In this document: positions 28,568-41,300 of the stretch, piece after piece | Numbering within the stretch: position 1 is the stretch's first letter | Layout: each line of letters opens with the position of its first letter | Origin: Antedon mediterranea | Taxonomy: Eukaryota; Animalia; Echinodermata | Direction: 5' to 3' | NCBI RefSeq assembly: GCF_964355755.1 | Contig: NC_092676.1 | Location: forward strand, 13,254,771-13,318,770 | Length of the DNA stretch: 64,000 nt | The notes under the pieces: model-generated | Seen by the model: the letters and a program-made list of their open reading frames with translations, nothing else | Database searches by the model: none | What the model was told of the DNA's origin: nothing | Program-made: the position numbers and the translations under genes

Positions 28568-29497
28568 CACAGCTGTTTCAACTAGTGTTAAGATATCAGA
28601 AAAAGTCAAGCGCCCTCAGTGTTAGCAGACGAGGCTCCTCCGAGTCGCGCGGACATATAATTTTTGTTTACAAACCATTATTTCGCGAACGCCAAATTAA
28701 ATTTCGCTATCGTGAGTTTTTATGTAGTAAAAACATTTTATACAAAACTAAACGATTAAAAAAAGTGTATGTTCAATTAAAAAATAAATATTTTATTGTT
28801 TCTTTACTATAAATTAATAAATAAACGACGATATTGTCCATTTTACTGAAATACTCTCCCGCACATAAACCAGGAAGTTGAGATAAACTGTGTAATGAAA
28901 TATTAAACAATCGTAAGTAGAAAATATCATTGTATTCTTTACTTTTTTTTTGGATATAATTCATTTTTTTAGAAAAAGAACGAACTAGAATATAGTCCAT
29001 CATTATTATATAAACAAAATAATACTAGTTTTGTTAATATAGCCTGGTTCAGTTTTTAGTAAAACTCGCATATTTTGCAACCCTTCTATACATTGTTATT
29101 GTTATCGGCGAGAAAACGGTTTGGCGATAGGCTTAGAAAGTGCGTTGACGCCCGCGATGACCGTGACAGTAATGTGGGCCTAGAATGAAGGTAGGCCGAA
29201 ACATAGAAAATTCGTAATAGTTAAACCTTTAATTACCCTAATCCTAAATGTAATCATTATAACTGTTACCAAATAATTAATGGCATGTGTTTATAATAAT
29301 AATTATTGCTTTCCTTGTGCATTTTTAGGCTAGCTGGTGGGACTGAGTGACAGTCACAGCCTAGGCTAGGCCTTAATATTAATACATTTTTACAGCATAA
29401 TAATGGTTTAATATTTTGGCTATTAGCTCTCTTGTTTGGTTTTTTTTGGACACAAAACTGAAGTACTGTAGATTTAAAAATTGATTTTTTTTTAAAG

Positions 29498-30729
29498 GAA
29501 AGTACAGTTGCATCTATTGTTTTTGTAATCAAGATGACATCAGAACCAACAATGTTCCTCAAGCCTGTAGATATCTCAAGACCTACAAGTCTTTTGTAGA
29601 CCATGGCAGTGAACAAAAAGAAGCAAAACAATATCGCACAGCGTTGTTAGACCATACCTGGTAGACATTGAATTAAACAGGGTAGGTAAATAATCATAAC
29701 CACCTCTTTAGAAAGTTTAATACACACTCCAAACAATGAAATGTGTGTTTGTACTTCATATTATTTATTAAAGAACAATGTTAGTATAAAATAACTGTCG
29801 AAACAAACAATTGTTACAGTAATTTATAAATATACCTCTTTTCTTTATTAAATATTTCCTCAATCAACTATTTTTCCAGGTGTCAATGTGCTATAATATT
29901 CAACATGCGACAGGATGCTGACATCTTGACTGGTACATTCAAATGTTGTTTCAACTTTACATTGACATTACATAATAACTCAATTGGTCAAGTTGCTCTT
30001 TAAATATACATTGTCCCTTTGAGCATAGAATTTCAAAATTGTTTATCCTATTTTTATGCATAATAAAGCAAACCTTTGGCTGGAACTTATTTTCCTATGA
30101 ATTATCCATATATTATCATTATCTGCTACAAGAAATAGTTGTTAACATTTTTAAAATATAATAATTTTGATGCTCATTTTTTATGTAGATTGACATTTAT
30201 TTGGTTGACCAATATTGTTTAATCTCAGGTGATCATCTAGCAGAAAGAGAAAATCAGAAGCTGCAGCACATTGACATGCTACAAAGTACAATGATTAAAA
30301 TCCAGTCTTTAGAAGAGAATCTTGAGCATTTAAGACATGAACTCTCAGTGTCACTTGTGACAAAACAGCATAGTAAGATTGCAGAGACTGGCCACAGAAT
30401 AAATCTAAAAGAACAAGAGGTCAAAGACTTGGTCAGTCTTACATTATACACCTTTAAAATTATGTCTAAAACATGCAAATACTATAAAAATTAATGCCAT
30501 ATTTCTTTTATATATTTTATATAGAGAACTACTATGAACCAAGAGATTTGAAACTGGACCTCTATGTACAAAAATAGACGAGGTATTTAAAAAAAATAAA
30601 TTCCTCGACAGCAGTACCATAGAAAAAGTTTTGTGGGAAATCATGAAGTCACATCTGACGTTTATTTCACCTGAGATCCAGCATGAAGTAACTAGGCCGG
30701 TAACTAAGTGGAGAAAAGTTGAGGAATAG
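29498..30729 (+). pseudogene. Decayed, spliced Chapaev-like (RAG1/Transib-related DDE) transposase fragment
   Basis: Manually translated exon-like segments with GT-AG boundaries. 29498-29681: GKYSCIYCFC...DHGSEQKEAKQY then (frameshift) VVRPYLVDIELNR, with a CxxC motif. 29880-~29960: V...ML(H)ILTGTFK, where restoring the [M/L]H motif needs one base. 30189-30431: IDIYLVDQY...KEQEVKDL, coiled-coil-like, overlapping ORF 30201-30494. 30525-30729: FETGPLCTKIDEVFKKN then (frameshift) IPRQQYHRKSFVGNH, then IMKSHLTFISPE...RKVEE*. Frameshifts and missing N-terminal and third-catalytic-residue regions make it non-functional. Confidence 0.8.
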
Positions 30730-30888
30730 TTTGCTATTTCTCAGTTAATTGTTACAGTATTGCATATTATTATGTACAGTATACTGTATGAATGGTAGTA
30801 TTTTTTTTGTGTTATTGCTAGAACAATGATTTTGAAAATATTTAACAAATGGTATATGAATTGTAATTGAATTTAATTTTTTGGAAGC

Positions 30889-31794
30889 TATTTAATTTTA
30901 ATTTGGTTTATATATATTATTGATTGATAACGGAAATTGATGTTATTTAGTGATTTAGATTGTGATTGCATATATAATACAATACAAATATGAAAGAAAT
31001 ATGCATTTATAATTAAATATCTAATGTCACAGTACTCTATAGCTTCTTTCTATTAATATATTACAGATCTTTGACTAAGACATGCTAGGTAGGCTGCTAG
31101 TCTTTAACCTGCTGATGATGTAGCCTAGCCTATATAGTATAGGCCTAGCTAGGCCTGTAACCTGGCCTACTCTGTACTCCTCTCTCCCAATATGAATGAT
31201 TATTAAAAAAGCTTAGGCCTAGGCTAGGCCTAATTTTTAATTAGGATCAGGAACAAGTAATTAATCAGCTTTATAACAGGTCAACTGTCACTCAGGCCCC
31301 CGAATAGACATGTTTACGTGTTAAAAATAAACAGTTATTTTATTTTAATTTGGTTTATATATTAATAATTATTTATTGATAACGGAAATTTACTGATTTA
31401 GATTGTGATTGCATATCAAAATAATAAATATACAATACAAATATGAAAGAAATATGCATTTATGATTAAATATCTAATGTCACAGTACTCTATAGCTTCT
31501 TTCTATTAATATATTACAGATCTTTGACTAAGACATGCTAGGTAGGCTGCTAGCCTTTAACCTGCTGATGATGTAGCCTAGCCTATTATATAATATAGGC
31601 CTAGCTAGGCTAGGCCTGTAGCCTGGCCTACTCTGTACTCCTCTCCCAATATGAATGATTATTAAAAAAGCTTAGGCCTAGACTAGGCCTAATTTTTAAT
31701 TAGGACCAGGAACAAGTAATTAATCAGCTTTATAACAGGTCAACTGTCACTAAGGCCCTCCGAATATACATGTTTACGTGTTAAAAATAAACAG
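30889..31794 (+). repeat. Diverged ~450-bp tandem direct duplication inside the Chapaev-type element
   Basis: Copy 1 ~30889-31334 and copy 2 ~31335-31794 share long identical runs (e.g. TCTAATGTCACAGTACTCTATAGCTTCTTTCTATTAATATATTACAGATCTTTGACTAAGACATGCTAGG; both end CATGTTTACGTGTTAAAAATAAACAG), with several indels and substitutions. Confidence 0.95.
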
Positions 31795-32327
31795 CCATTA
31801 GTGTTACACAGCTGGTTTTAACCACGCAAGGGAGCCTGGGCATAGCCTATTATAAGCTAGCATAGGAAAAAATCCAGCCAGGCAATATGAATACGATCCT
31901 TGTTAAAACATTCAAGGATAACTAAAGTATCCAACTAAATCAAAGAATTCAACAGAAAAAATTATTTTTAAACTGATATGGAAAACAACATTTATACCTA
32001 CTTTTTTAAATGTATCGCTTGAGAAAAAAACTGGCGTTGGGTGTACATTTTTCAATTACATTACCTCTTAAAATCCACGTGATAAAACGACGACAACATG
32101 TTTTTCACCTTCATCCAGGGTTGTTCTAATGAATATTCATTATTTTTCTGACTTTCGCGGTCTTTATTTGTTTTTATTGGCTATTAAAAAACAGTCGTTT
32201 TATGCTTGATTGCTTCCGGGTTTCCTCATGTGGTTTGTATACAATATGTTTTCGGAATCGCTACTCCATAAAACGCTATGAAACGTTGGGGGCGCTGCAC
32301 TTAATTCATATTTCTGGAACAGCTGTG

Positions 32328-35300
32328 TTCACACAAAAACATCAAATTGCACAAAATAGCTTAATATCGTGTTTGAAAACGTTTTAGACCATTTTGAGCA
32401 TGTCGATAAAACTTTTCACACAAAAACATAAAAGTGAACAGAATATCTTCAAATCGCATTTAGAGATGTTTTAGACCATTTTGTGCGTTTCGATAAAACT
32501 TTTCACACAAAAACATCAAATTGCACAAAATAGCTTAATATCGTGTTTGAAAACGTTTTAGACCATTTTGAGCATGTCGATACAACTTTTCACACAAAAA
32601 CATAAAAGTGCACAGAATAGCTTCAAATCGCATTTGGAGACGTTTTAGACCATTTTGTGCATTTCGAAAAAACTTTTTAACATAAAAACACCAAAGTGCT
32701 TAGAATAGCTTCAAATCGCATTTGGAGACGTTTTAGACCATTTTGTGCATATCGATGAAACTTGGTTACACAAAAACATCAAAGTGCTTAAAATCACATT
32801 TGAAACCGTTTTAGAGCATTTTGAGCATTTCGATAAAACTTTTCACACAAAAACATCAAAGTGTACAAAATAGCTTCAAATCACATTTGAAACCGTTTTA
32901 GACCATTTTGAGCATTTTGATAAAACTTTTCACACAAAAACATCAAAGTGTACAAAATAGCTTCAAATCGCATTTGGAGACGTTTTAGACCATTTTGTGC
33001 ATTTCGATGAAACTTGGTTCACATCAAAGTGCTTAAAATTACATTTGAAAGCGTTTTAGAGCATTTTGAGCATTTCGATAATACTTTTCACACAAAAACA
33101 TCAAAGTGTACAAAATAGCTTCAAATCGCATTTGGAGACGTTTTAGACCATTTTGTGCATTTCGATGAAACTTGGTTACACAAAAACATCAAAGTGCTTA
33201 AAATCACATTTGAAACCGTTTTAGACCATTTTGAGCGTTTCGATAAAACTTTTCACACAAAAACATCAAAGTGCACAAAATAGCTTCAAATCGCATTTGG
33301 AGACGTTTTAGACTATTTTGTGCATTTCGAAAAAATTTGTTAACATAAAAAGACCAAAGTGTTTAGAATATCTCCAAATCGCATTTGGAGACGTTTAAAA
33401 CCATTTTGTGCATTTCGATGGAACTTGGTTACACAAAAACATCAAAGTGCTTAAAATCACATTTAAAACCGTTTTAGAGCATTTTGAGCATTTCGATAAA
33501 ACTTTTCACACAAAAACATCAAAGTGTACAAAATAGCTTCAAATCGCATTTAGAGAGGTTTTAGACCATTTTGTGCATTTCGATAAAACTTTTCACACAA
33601 AAACATCAAAGAGTACAAAATAGCTTCAAATCGCATTTAGAGACGTTTTAGACCATTTTGTGCATTTTGATAAAACTTTTCACACAAAAACATCAAATTG
33701 CACAAAATAGCTTAATATCGTGTTTGAAAACGTTTTAAACCATTTGAGCATGTCGATAAAACTTTTCACACAAAAATATCAAAATGCCCAGAATATCTTC
33801 AAATCGCATTTAGAGACGTTTTAGACCATTTTGTGCATTTCGAAAAAATTTGTTAACATAAAAAGACCAAAGTGTTTAGATTATCTCCAAATCGCATTTG
33901 GAGAGGTTTTAGACCATTTTGTGTTTTTCGAAAAAACTTTTCACACAAAAACATCAAAGTGTACAAAATTGCTTCAAATCGCATTTAGAGAGGTTTTAGA
34001 CCATTTTGTGCATTTCGATAAAACTTTTCACACAAAAACATCAAAGTGCACAGAATATCTTAATACCGTGTCTGAAATCGTTTTAAACCATTTTGAGCAT
34101 GTCGATAAAACTTTTCACACAAAAACATCAAAGTGCACAGAATATCTTCAAATCGCATTTAGAGACGTTTTAGACCATTTTGTGCATTTCGAAAAAATTT
34201 GTTAACATAAAAAGACCAAAGTGTTTAGAATATCTCCAAATCGCATTTGGAGACGTTTTAGACCATTTTGTGCATTTCGATGAAACTTGGTTACACAAAA
34301 ACATCAAGGTGCTTAAAATCACATTTGAAACCGTTTTAGAGCATTTTGAGCATTTCGATAAAACTTTTCACACAAAAACATCAAAGTGTACAAAATAGCT
34401 TCAAATCACATTTGAAACCGTTTTAGACCATTTTGAGCATTTCGATAAAACTTTTCACACAAAAACATCAAAGTGTACAAAATAGCTTCAAATCGCATTT
34501 AGAGACGTTTTAGACCATTTTGTGCATTTCGATGAAACTTGGTTACACAAAAACATCAAAGTGCTTAAAATCACATTTAAAACCGTTTTAGAGCATTTTG
34601 AGCATTTCGATAAAACTTTTCACACAAAAACATCAAAGTGTACAAAATAGCTTCAAATCGTATTTGGAGACGTTTTAGACCATTTTGTGCGTTTCGATGA
34701 ATCTTGGTTACACAAAAACATCAAAGTGCTTAAAATCACATTTAAAACCGTTTTAGTGCATTTTGAGCATTTCGATAAAACTTTTCACACAAAAACATCA
34801 AATTGCACAAAATAGCTTAATATCGTGTTTGAAAACGTTTTAGACCATTTTGAGCATGTCGATAAAACTTTTCACACAAAAACATAAAAGTGAACAGAAT
34901 AGCTTCAAATTGCATTTGGAGACGTTTTAGAGCATTTTGTGCATTTCGATAAAATGTGTTAACATAAAAAGACCAAAGTGTTTAGAATATCTTCAAATCA
35001 CATTTGGAGACGTTTTAGACCATTTTTTGCATTTCGATGAAACTTGGTTACACAAAAACATCAAAGTGCTTAAAATCACATTTAAAACCGTTTTAGAGCA
35101 TTTTGAGCATTTCGATAAAACTTTTCACACAAAAACATCAAAGTGTACAAAATAGCTTCAAATCGCATTTAGAGAGGTTTTAGACCATTTTGTGCATTTC
35201 GATAAAACTTTTCACACAAAAACATCAAAGTGTACAAAATAACTTCAAATCGTATTTAGAGACGTTTTAGACCATTTTGTGCATTTTGATAAAACTTTTC

Positions 35301-38300
35301 ACACAAAAACATCAAATTGCACAAAATAGCTTAATATCGTGTTTGAAAACGTTTTAAACCATTTTGAGCATGTCGATAAAACTTTTCACACAAAAATATC
35401 AAAGTGCACAGAATATCTTCAAATCGCATTTAGAGACGTTTTAGACCATTTTGTGCATTTCGAAAAAATTTGTTAACATAAAAAGACCAAAGTGTTTAGA
35501 ATATCTCCAAATCGCATTTGGAGACGTTTTAGACCATTTTGTGTTTTTCGAAAAAACTTTTCACACAAAAACATCAAAGTGTACAAAATTGCTTCAAATC
35601 GCATTTGGAGACGTTTTAGACCATTTTGTGATTTTCGAAAAACTTTTCACACAAAAACATCAAAGTGTAGAAAATTGCTTCAAATCGCAAAAAAAATGTT
35701 TTGAGAGATGTTTTAGAACAATTTTGTGCATTTAGAAAAAATTTGTTAACATAAAAAGACCAAAGTGTTTAGAATATCTCCAAATCGCATTTGGAGACGT
35801 TTTAGACCATTTTGTGCATTTCGATGACACTTGGTTACACAAAAACATCAAAGTGCTTAAAATCACATTTAAAACCGTTTTAGAGCGTTTTGAGCATTTC
35901 GATAAACTTTTCAAACAAAAACATCAAAGTGTACAAAATAGCTTCAAATCGTATTTGGAGACGTTTTAGACCATTTTGTGCGTTTCGATGAATCTTGGTT
36001 ACACAAAAACATCAAAGTGCTTAAAATCACATTTAAAACCGTTTTAGTGCATTTTGAGCATTTCGATAAAACTTTTCACACAAAAACATCAAATTGCACA
36101 AAATAGCTTAATATCGTGTTTGAAAACGTTTTAGACCATTTTGAGCATGTTGATAAAACTTTTCACACAAAAACATCAAAGTGTACAAAATAACTTCAAA
36201 TCGTATTTAGAGACGTTTTAGACCATTTTGTGCATTTTGATAAAACTTTTCACACAAAAACATCAAATTGCACAAAATAGCTTAATATCGTGTTTGAAAA
36301 CGTTTTAAACCATTTTGAGCATGTCGATAAAACTTTTCACACAAAAATATCAAAGTGCACAGAATATCTTCAAATCGCATTTAGAGACGTTTTAGACCAT
36401 TTTGTGCATTTCGAAAAAATTTGTTAACATAAAAAGACCAAAGTGTTTAGAATATCTCCAAATCGCATTTGGAGACGTTTTAGACCATTTTGTGTTTTTC
36501 GAAAAAACTTTTCACACAAAAACATCAAAGTGTACAAAATTGCTTCAAATCGCATTTGGAGACGTTTTAGACCATTTTGTGATTTTCGAAAAACTTTTCA
36601 CACAAAAACATCAAAGTGTAGAAAATTGCTTCAAATCGCAAAAAAAATGTTTTGAGAGATGTTTTAGAACAATTTTGTGCATTTAGAAAAAATTTGTTAA
36701 CATAAAAAGACCAAAGTGTTTAGAATATCTCCAAATCGCATTTGGAGACGTTTTAGACCATTTTGTGCATTTCGATGACACTTGGTTACACAAAAACATC
36801 AAAGTGCTTAAAATCACATTTAAAACCGTTTTAGAGCGTTTTGAGCATTTCGATAAACTTTTCAAACAAAAACATCAAAGTGTACAAAATAGCTTCAAAT
36901 CGTATTTGGAGACGTTTTAGACCATTTTGTGCGTTTCGATGAATCTTGGTTACACAAAAACATCAAAGTGCTTAAAATCACATTTAAAACCGTTTTAGTG
37001 CATTTTGAGCATTTCGATAAAACTTTTCACACAAAAACATCAAATTGCACAAAATAGCTTAATATCGTGTTTGAAAACGTTTTAGACCATTTTGAGCATG
37101 TCGATAAAACTTTTCACACAAAAACATAAAAGTGAACAGAATATCTTCAAATCGCATTTAGAGATGTTTTAGACCATTTTGTGCGTTTCGATAAAACTTT
37201 TCACACAAAAACATCAAATTGCACAAAATAGCTTAATATCGTGTTTGAAAACGTTTTAGACCATTTTGAGCATGTCGATAAAACTTTTCACACAAAAACA
37301 TAAAAGTGCACAGAATAGCTTCAAATCGCATTTGGAGACGTTTTAGACCATTTTGTGCATTTCGAAAAAACTTTTTAACATAAAAACACCAAAGTGCTTA
37401 GAATAGCTTCAAATCGCATTTGGAGACGTTTTAGACCATTTTGTGCATATCGATGAAACTTGGTTACACAAAAACATCAAAGTGCTTAAAATCACATTTG
37501 AAACCGTTTTAGAGCATTTTGAGCATTTCGATAAAACTTTTCACACAAAAACATCAAAGTGTACAAAATAGCTTCAAATCACATTTGAAACCGTTTTAGA
37601 CCATTTTGAGCATTTCGATAAAACTTTTAACACAAAAACATCAAAGTGTACAAAATAGCTTCAAATCGCATTTGGAGACGTTTTAGACCATTTTGTGCAT
37701 TTCGATGAAACTTGGTTCACATCAAAGTGCTTAAAATTACATTTGAAAGCGTTTTAGAGCATTTTGAGCATTTCGATAATACTTTTCACACAAAAACATC
37801 AAAGTGTACAAAATAGCTTCAAATCGCATTTGGAGACGTTTTAGACCATTTTGTGCATTTCGATGAAACTTGGTTACACAAAAACATCAAAGTGCTTAAA
37901 ATCACATTTGAAACCGTTTTAGACCATTTTGAGCGTTTCGATAAAACTTTTCACACAAAAACATCAAAGTGCACAAAATAGCTTCAAATCGCATTTGGAG
38001 ACGTTTTAGACTATTTTGTGCATTTCGAAAAAATTTGTTAACATAAAAAGACCAAAGTGTTTAGAATATCTCCAAATCGCATTTGGAGACGTTTAAAACC
38101 ATTTTGTGCATTTCGATGGAACTTGGTTACACAAAAACATCAAAGTGCTTAAAATCACATTTAAAACCGTTTTAGAGCATTTTGAGCATTTCGATAAAAC
38201 TTTTCACACAAAAACATCAAAGTGTACAAAATAGCTTCAAATCGCATTTAGAGAGGTTTTAGACCATTTTGTGCATTTCGTTAAAACTTTTCACACAAAA

Positions 38301-41300
38301 ACATCAAAGAGTACAAAATAGCTTCAAATCGCATTTAGAGACGTTTTAGACCATTTTGTGCATTTTGATAAAACTTTTCACACAAAAACATCAAATTGCA
38401 CAAAATAGCTTAATATCGTGTTTGAAAACGTTTTAAACCATTTGAGCATGTCGATAAAACTTTTCACACAAAAATATCAAAATGCCCAGAATATCTTCAA
38501 ATCGCATTTAGAGACGTTTTAGACCATTTTGTGCATTTCGAAAAAATTTGTTAACATAAAAAGACCAAAGTGTTTAGATTATCTCCAAATCGCATTTGGA
38601 GAGGTTTTAGACCATTTTGTGTTTTTTCGAAAAAACTTTTCACACAAAAACATCAAAGTGTACAAAATTGCTTCAAATCGCATTTAGAGAGGTTTTAGAC
38701 CATTTTGTGCATTTCGATGAAACTTGGTTACACATAAACATCAAAGTGCTTAAAATCACATTTGAAACCGTTTTAGACCATTTTGAGCATTTCGATAAAA
38801 CTTTTAACACAAAAAAATCAAAGTGCACAAAATAGCTTCAAATCGCATTTGGAGACGTTTTAGACTATTTTGTGCATTTCGAAAAAATCTGTTAACATAA
38901 AAATACCAAAGTGTTTAGAATATCTCCAAATCGCATTTGGAGACGTTTTAAACCATTTTGTGCATTTCGATGGAACTTGGTTACACAAAAACATCAAAGT
39001 GCTTAAAATCACATTTAAAACCGTTTTAGAGCATTTTGAGCATTTCGATAAAACTTTTCACACAAAAACATCAAAGTGTACAAAATAGCTTCAAATCGCA
39101 TTTAGAGAGGTTTTAGACCATTTTGTGCATTTCGATAAAACTTTTCACACAAAAACATCAAAGTGTACAAAATAACTTCAAATCGTATTTAGAGACGTTT
39201 TAGACCATTTTGTGCATTTTGATAAAACTTTTCACACAAAAACATCAAATTGCACAAAATAGCTTAATATCGTGTTTGAAAACGTTTTAAACCATTTTGA
39301 GCATGTCGATAAAACTTTTCACACAAAAATATCAAAGTGCACAGAATATCTTCAAATCGCATTTAGAGACGTTTTAGACCATTTTGTGCATTTCGAAAAA
39401 ATTTGTTAACATAAAAAGACCAAAGTGTTTAGAAAATCTCCAAATCGCATTTGGAGACGTTTTAGACCATTTTGTGTTTTTCGAAAAAACTTTTCACACA
39501 AAAACATCAAAGTGTACAAAATTCCTTCAAATCGCATTTGGAGACGTTTTAGACCATTTTGTGATTTTCGAAAAACTTTTCACACAAAAACATCAAAGTG
39601 TAGAAAATTGCTTCAAATCGCATTTAGAGATGTTTTAGACCATTTTGTGCGTTTCGATAAAACTTTTCACACAAAAACATCAAATTGCACCAAATAGCTT
39701 CAAATCGCATTTGGAGACGTTTTAGACCATTTTGTGCATTTCGAAAAAACTTTTTAACATAAAAACACCAAAGTGCTTAGAATAGCTTCAAATCACATTT
39801 GGAGACGTTTTAGACCATTTTGTGCATTTCGATGAAACTTGGTTACACAAAAACATCAAAGTGCTTAAAATCACATTTGAAACCGTTTTAGAGCATTTTG
39901 AGCATTTCGATAAAACTTTTCACACAAAAACATCAAAGTGTACAAAATAGCTTCAAATCACATTTGAAACCGTTTTAGACCATTTTGAGCATTTCGATAA
40001 AACTTTTCACACAAAAACATCAAAGTGTACAAAATAGCTTCAAATCGCATTTGGAGACGTTTTAGACCATTTTGTGCATTTCGATGAAACTTGGTTACAC
40101 AAAAACATCAAAGTGCTTAAAATTACATTTGAAAGCGTTTTAGAGCATTTTGAGCATTTCGATAATACTTTTCACACAAAAACATCAAAGTGTACAAAAT
40201 AGCTTCAAATCGCATTTGGAGACGTTTTAGACCATTTTGTGCATTTCGATGAAACTTGGTTACACAAAAACATCAAAGTGCTTAAAATCACATTTGAAAC
40301 CGTTTTAGACCATTTTGAGCGTTTCGATAAAACTTTTCACACAAATAAATCAGAGTGCACAAAATAGCTTCAAATCGCATTTGGAGACGTTTTAGACTAT
40401 TTTGTGCATTTCGAAAAAATTTGTTAACATAAAAAGACCAAAGTGTTTAGAATATCTCCAAATCGCATTTGGAGACGTTTTAAACCATTTTGTGCATTTC
40501 GATGGAACTTGGTTACACAAAAACATCAAAGTGCTTAAAATCACATTTAAAACCGTTTTATTGCATTTTGAGCATTTCGATAAAAATTTTCACATAAAAA
40601 CATCAAAGTGTACAAAATAGCTTCAAATCGCATTTAGAGAGGTTTTAGACCATTTTGTGCATTTCGATAAAACTTTTCACACAAAAACATCAAAGTGTAC
40701 AAAATAGCTTCAAATCGCATTTAGAGACGTTTTAGACCATTTTGTGCATTTCGATAAAACTTTTCACACAAAAACATCAAATTGCACAAAATAGCTTAAT
40801 ACCGTGTTTGAAATCGTTTTAAACCATTTTGAGCATGTCGATAAAACTTTTCACAAAAAAACATCAAAGTGCACAGAATAGCTTCAAATCGCATTTGGAG
40901 ACGTTTTAAACCATTTTGTGCATTTCGATAAAACTTTTCACATAAAAACAACAAAGTGTACAAAATAGCTTCAAATCGCATTTAGAGACGTTTTAGACCA
41001 TTTTGGGCATTTCGATGAAACTTGGTTACACAAATACATAAAAGTGCTTAAAATCACATTTCAAACCGTTTTAGAGCATTTTGAGCATTTCGATAAAACT
41101 TTTCACACAAAAACATCAAAGTGCACAAAATAGCTTCAAATCGCATTTAGAGATGTTTTAGACCATTTTGTGCAATTCGATAAAACTTTTCACACAAAAA
41201 CATCAAATTGCACAAAATAGCTTAATATCGTGTTTGAAAACGTTTTAGACCATTTTGAGCATGTCGATAAAACTTTTCAAACAAAAACATAAAAGCGAAC

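Larger units (their letters stand above)
28568..32327 (+). mobile_element. Non-autonomous Chapaev-type (CMC superfamily) DNA transposon, 3760 bp
   Basis: Termini CACAGCTGTTTCA (28568-28580) and TGGAACAGCTGTG (32315-32327) are inverted with 12/13 identity. 4-bp TSD TTCA at 28564-28567 and 32328-32331; removal restores satellite CTTTTCACACAAAAAC. 5'-CAC...GTG-3' ends with a 4-bp TSD are the described Chapaev signature. Internal transposase remnants agree. Confidence 0.88.

Noticed and set aside
29231-29255. Telomere-like ACCCTAATCCTAA
   Set aside because: Only about two degenerate units; expected by chance.
29266-29631. 121-aa minus-strand ORF and other minus-strand ORFs (28773-29003, 30254-30478, 30444-30644)
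   Set aside because: They lie antisense to the transposase exons or in AT-rich filler, with no recognisable motif; no RAG2-like kelch/PHD signal was seen.
31807-31823. Internal CACAGCTGGTTTTAACC resembling the left terminus (possible nested 521-bp sub-element)
   Set aside because: Only an 8-bp exact match, no matching TSD (GTTA vs TTCA) and no AGCGCCC inner block at the expected distance.
32282-32300. CTCF-like site (GGGGGCGCTG)
   Set aside because: Only half the CTCF core matches; better explained as the inner block of the transposon end.
28568-32327. Classification as Transib or ProtoRAG/RAG transposon
   Set aside because: Those make 5-bp TSDs; the empty sites show an unambiguous 4-bp TSD, and the RQ.YH..SF.GNH motif fits Chapaev better.
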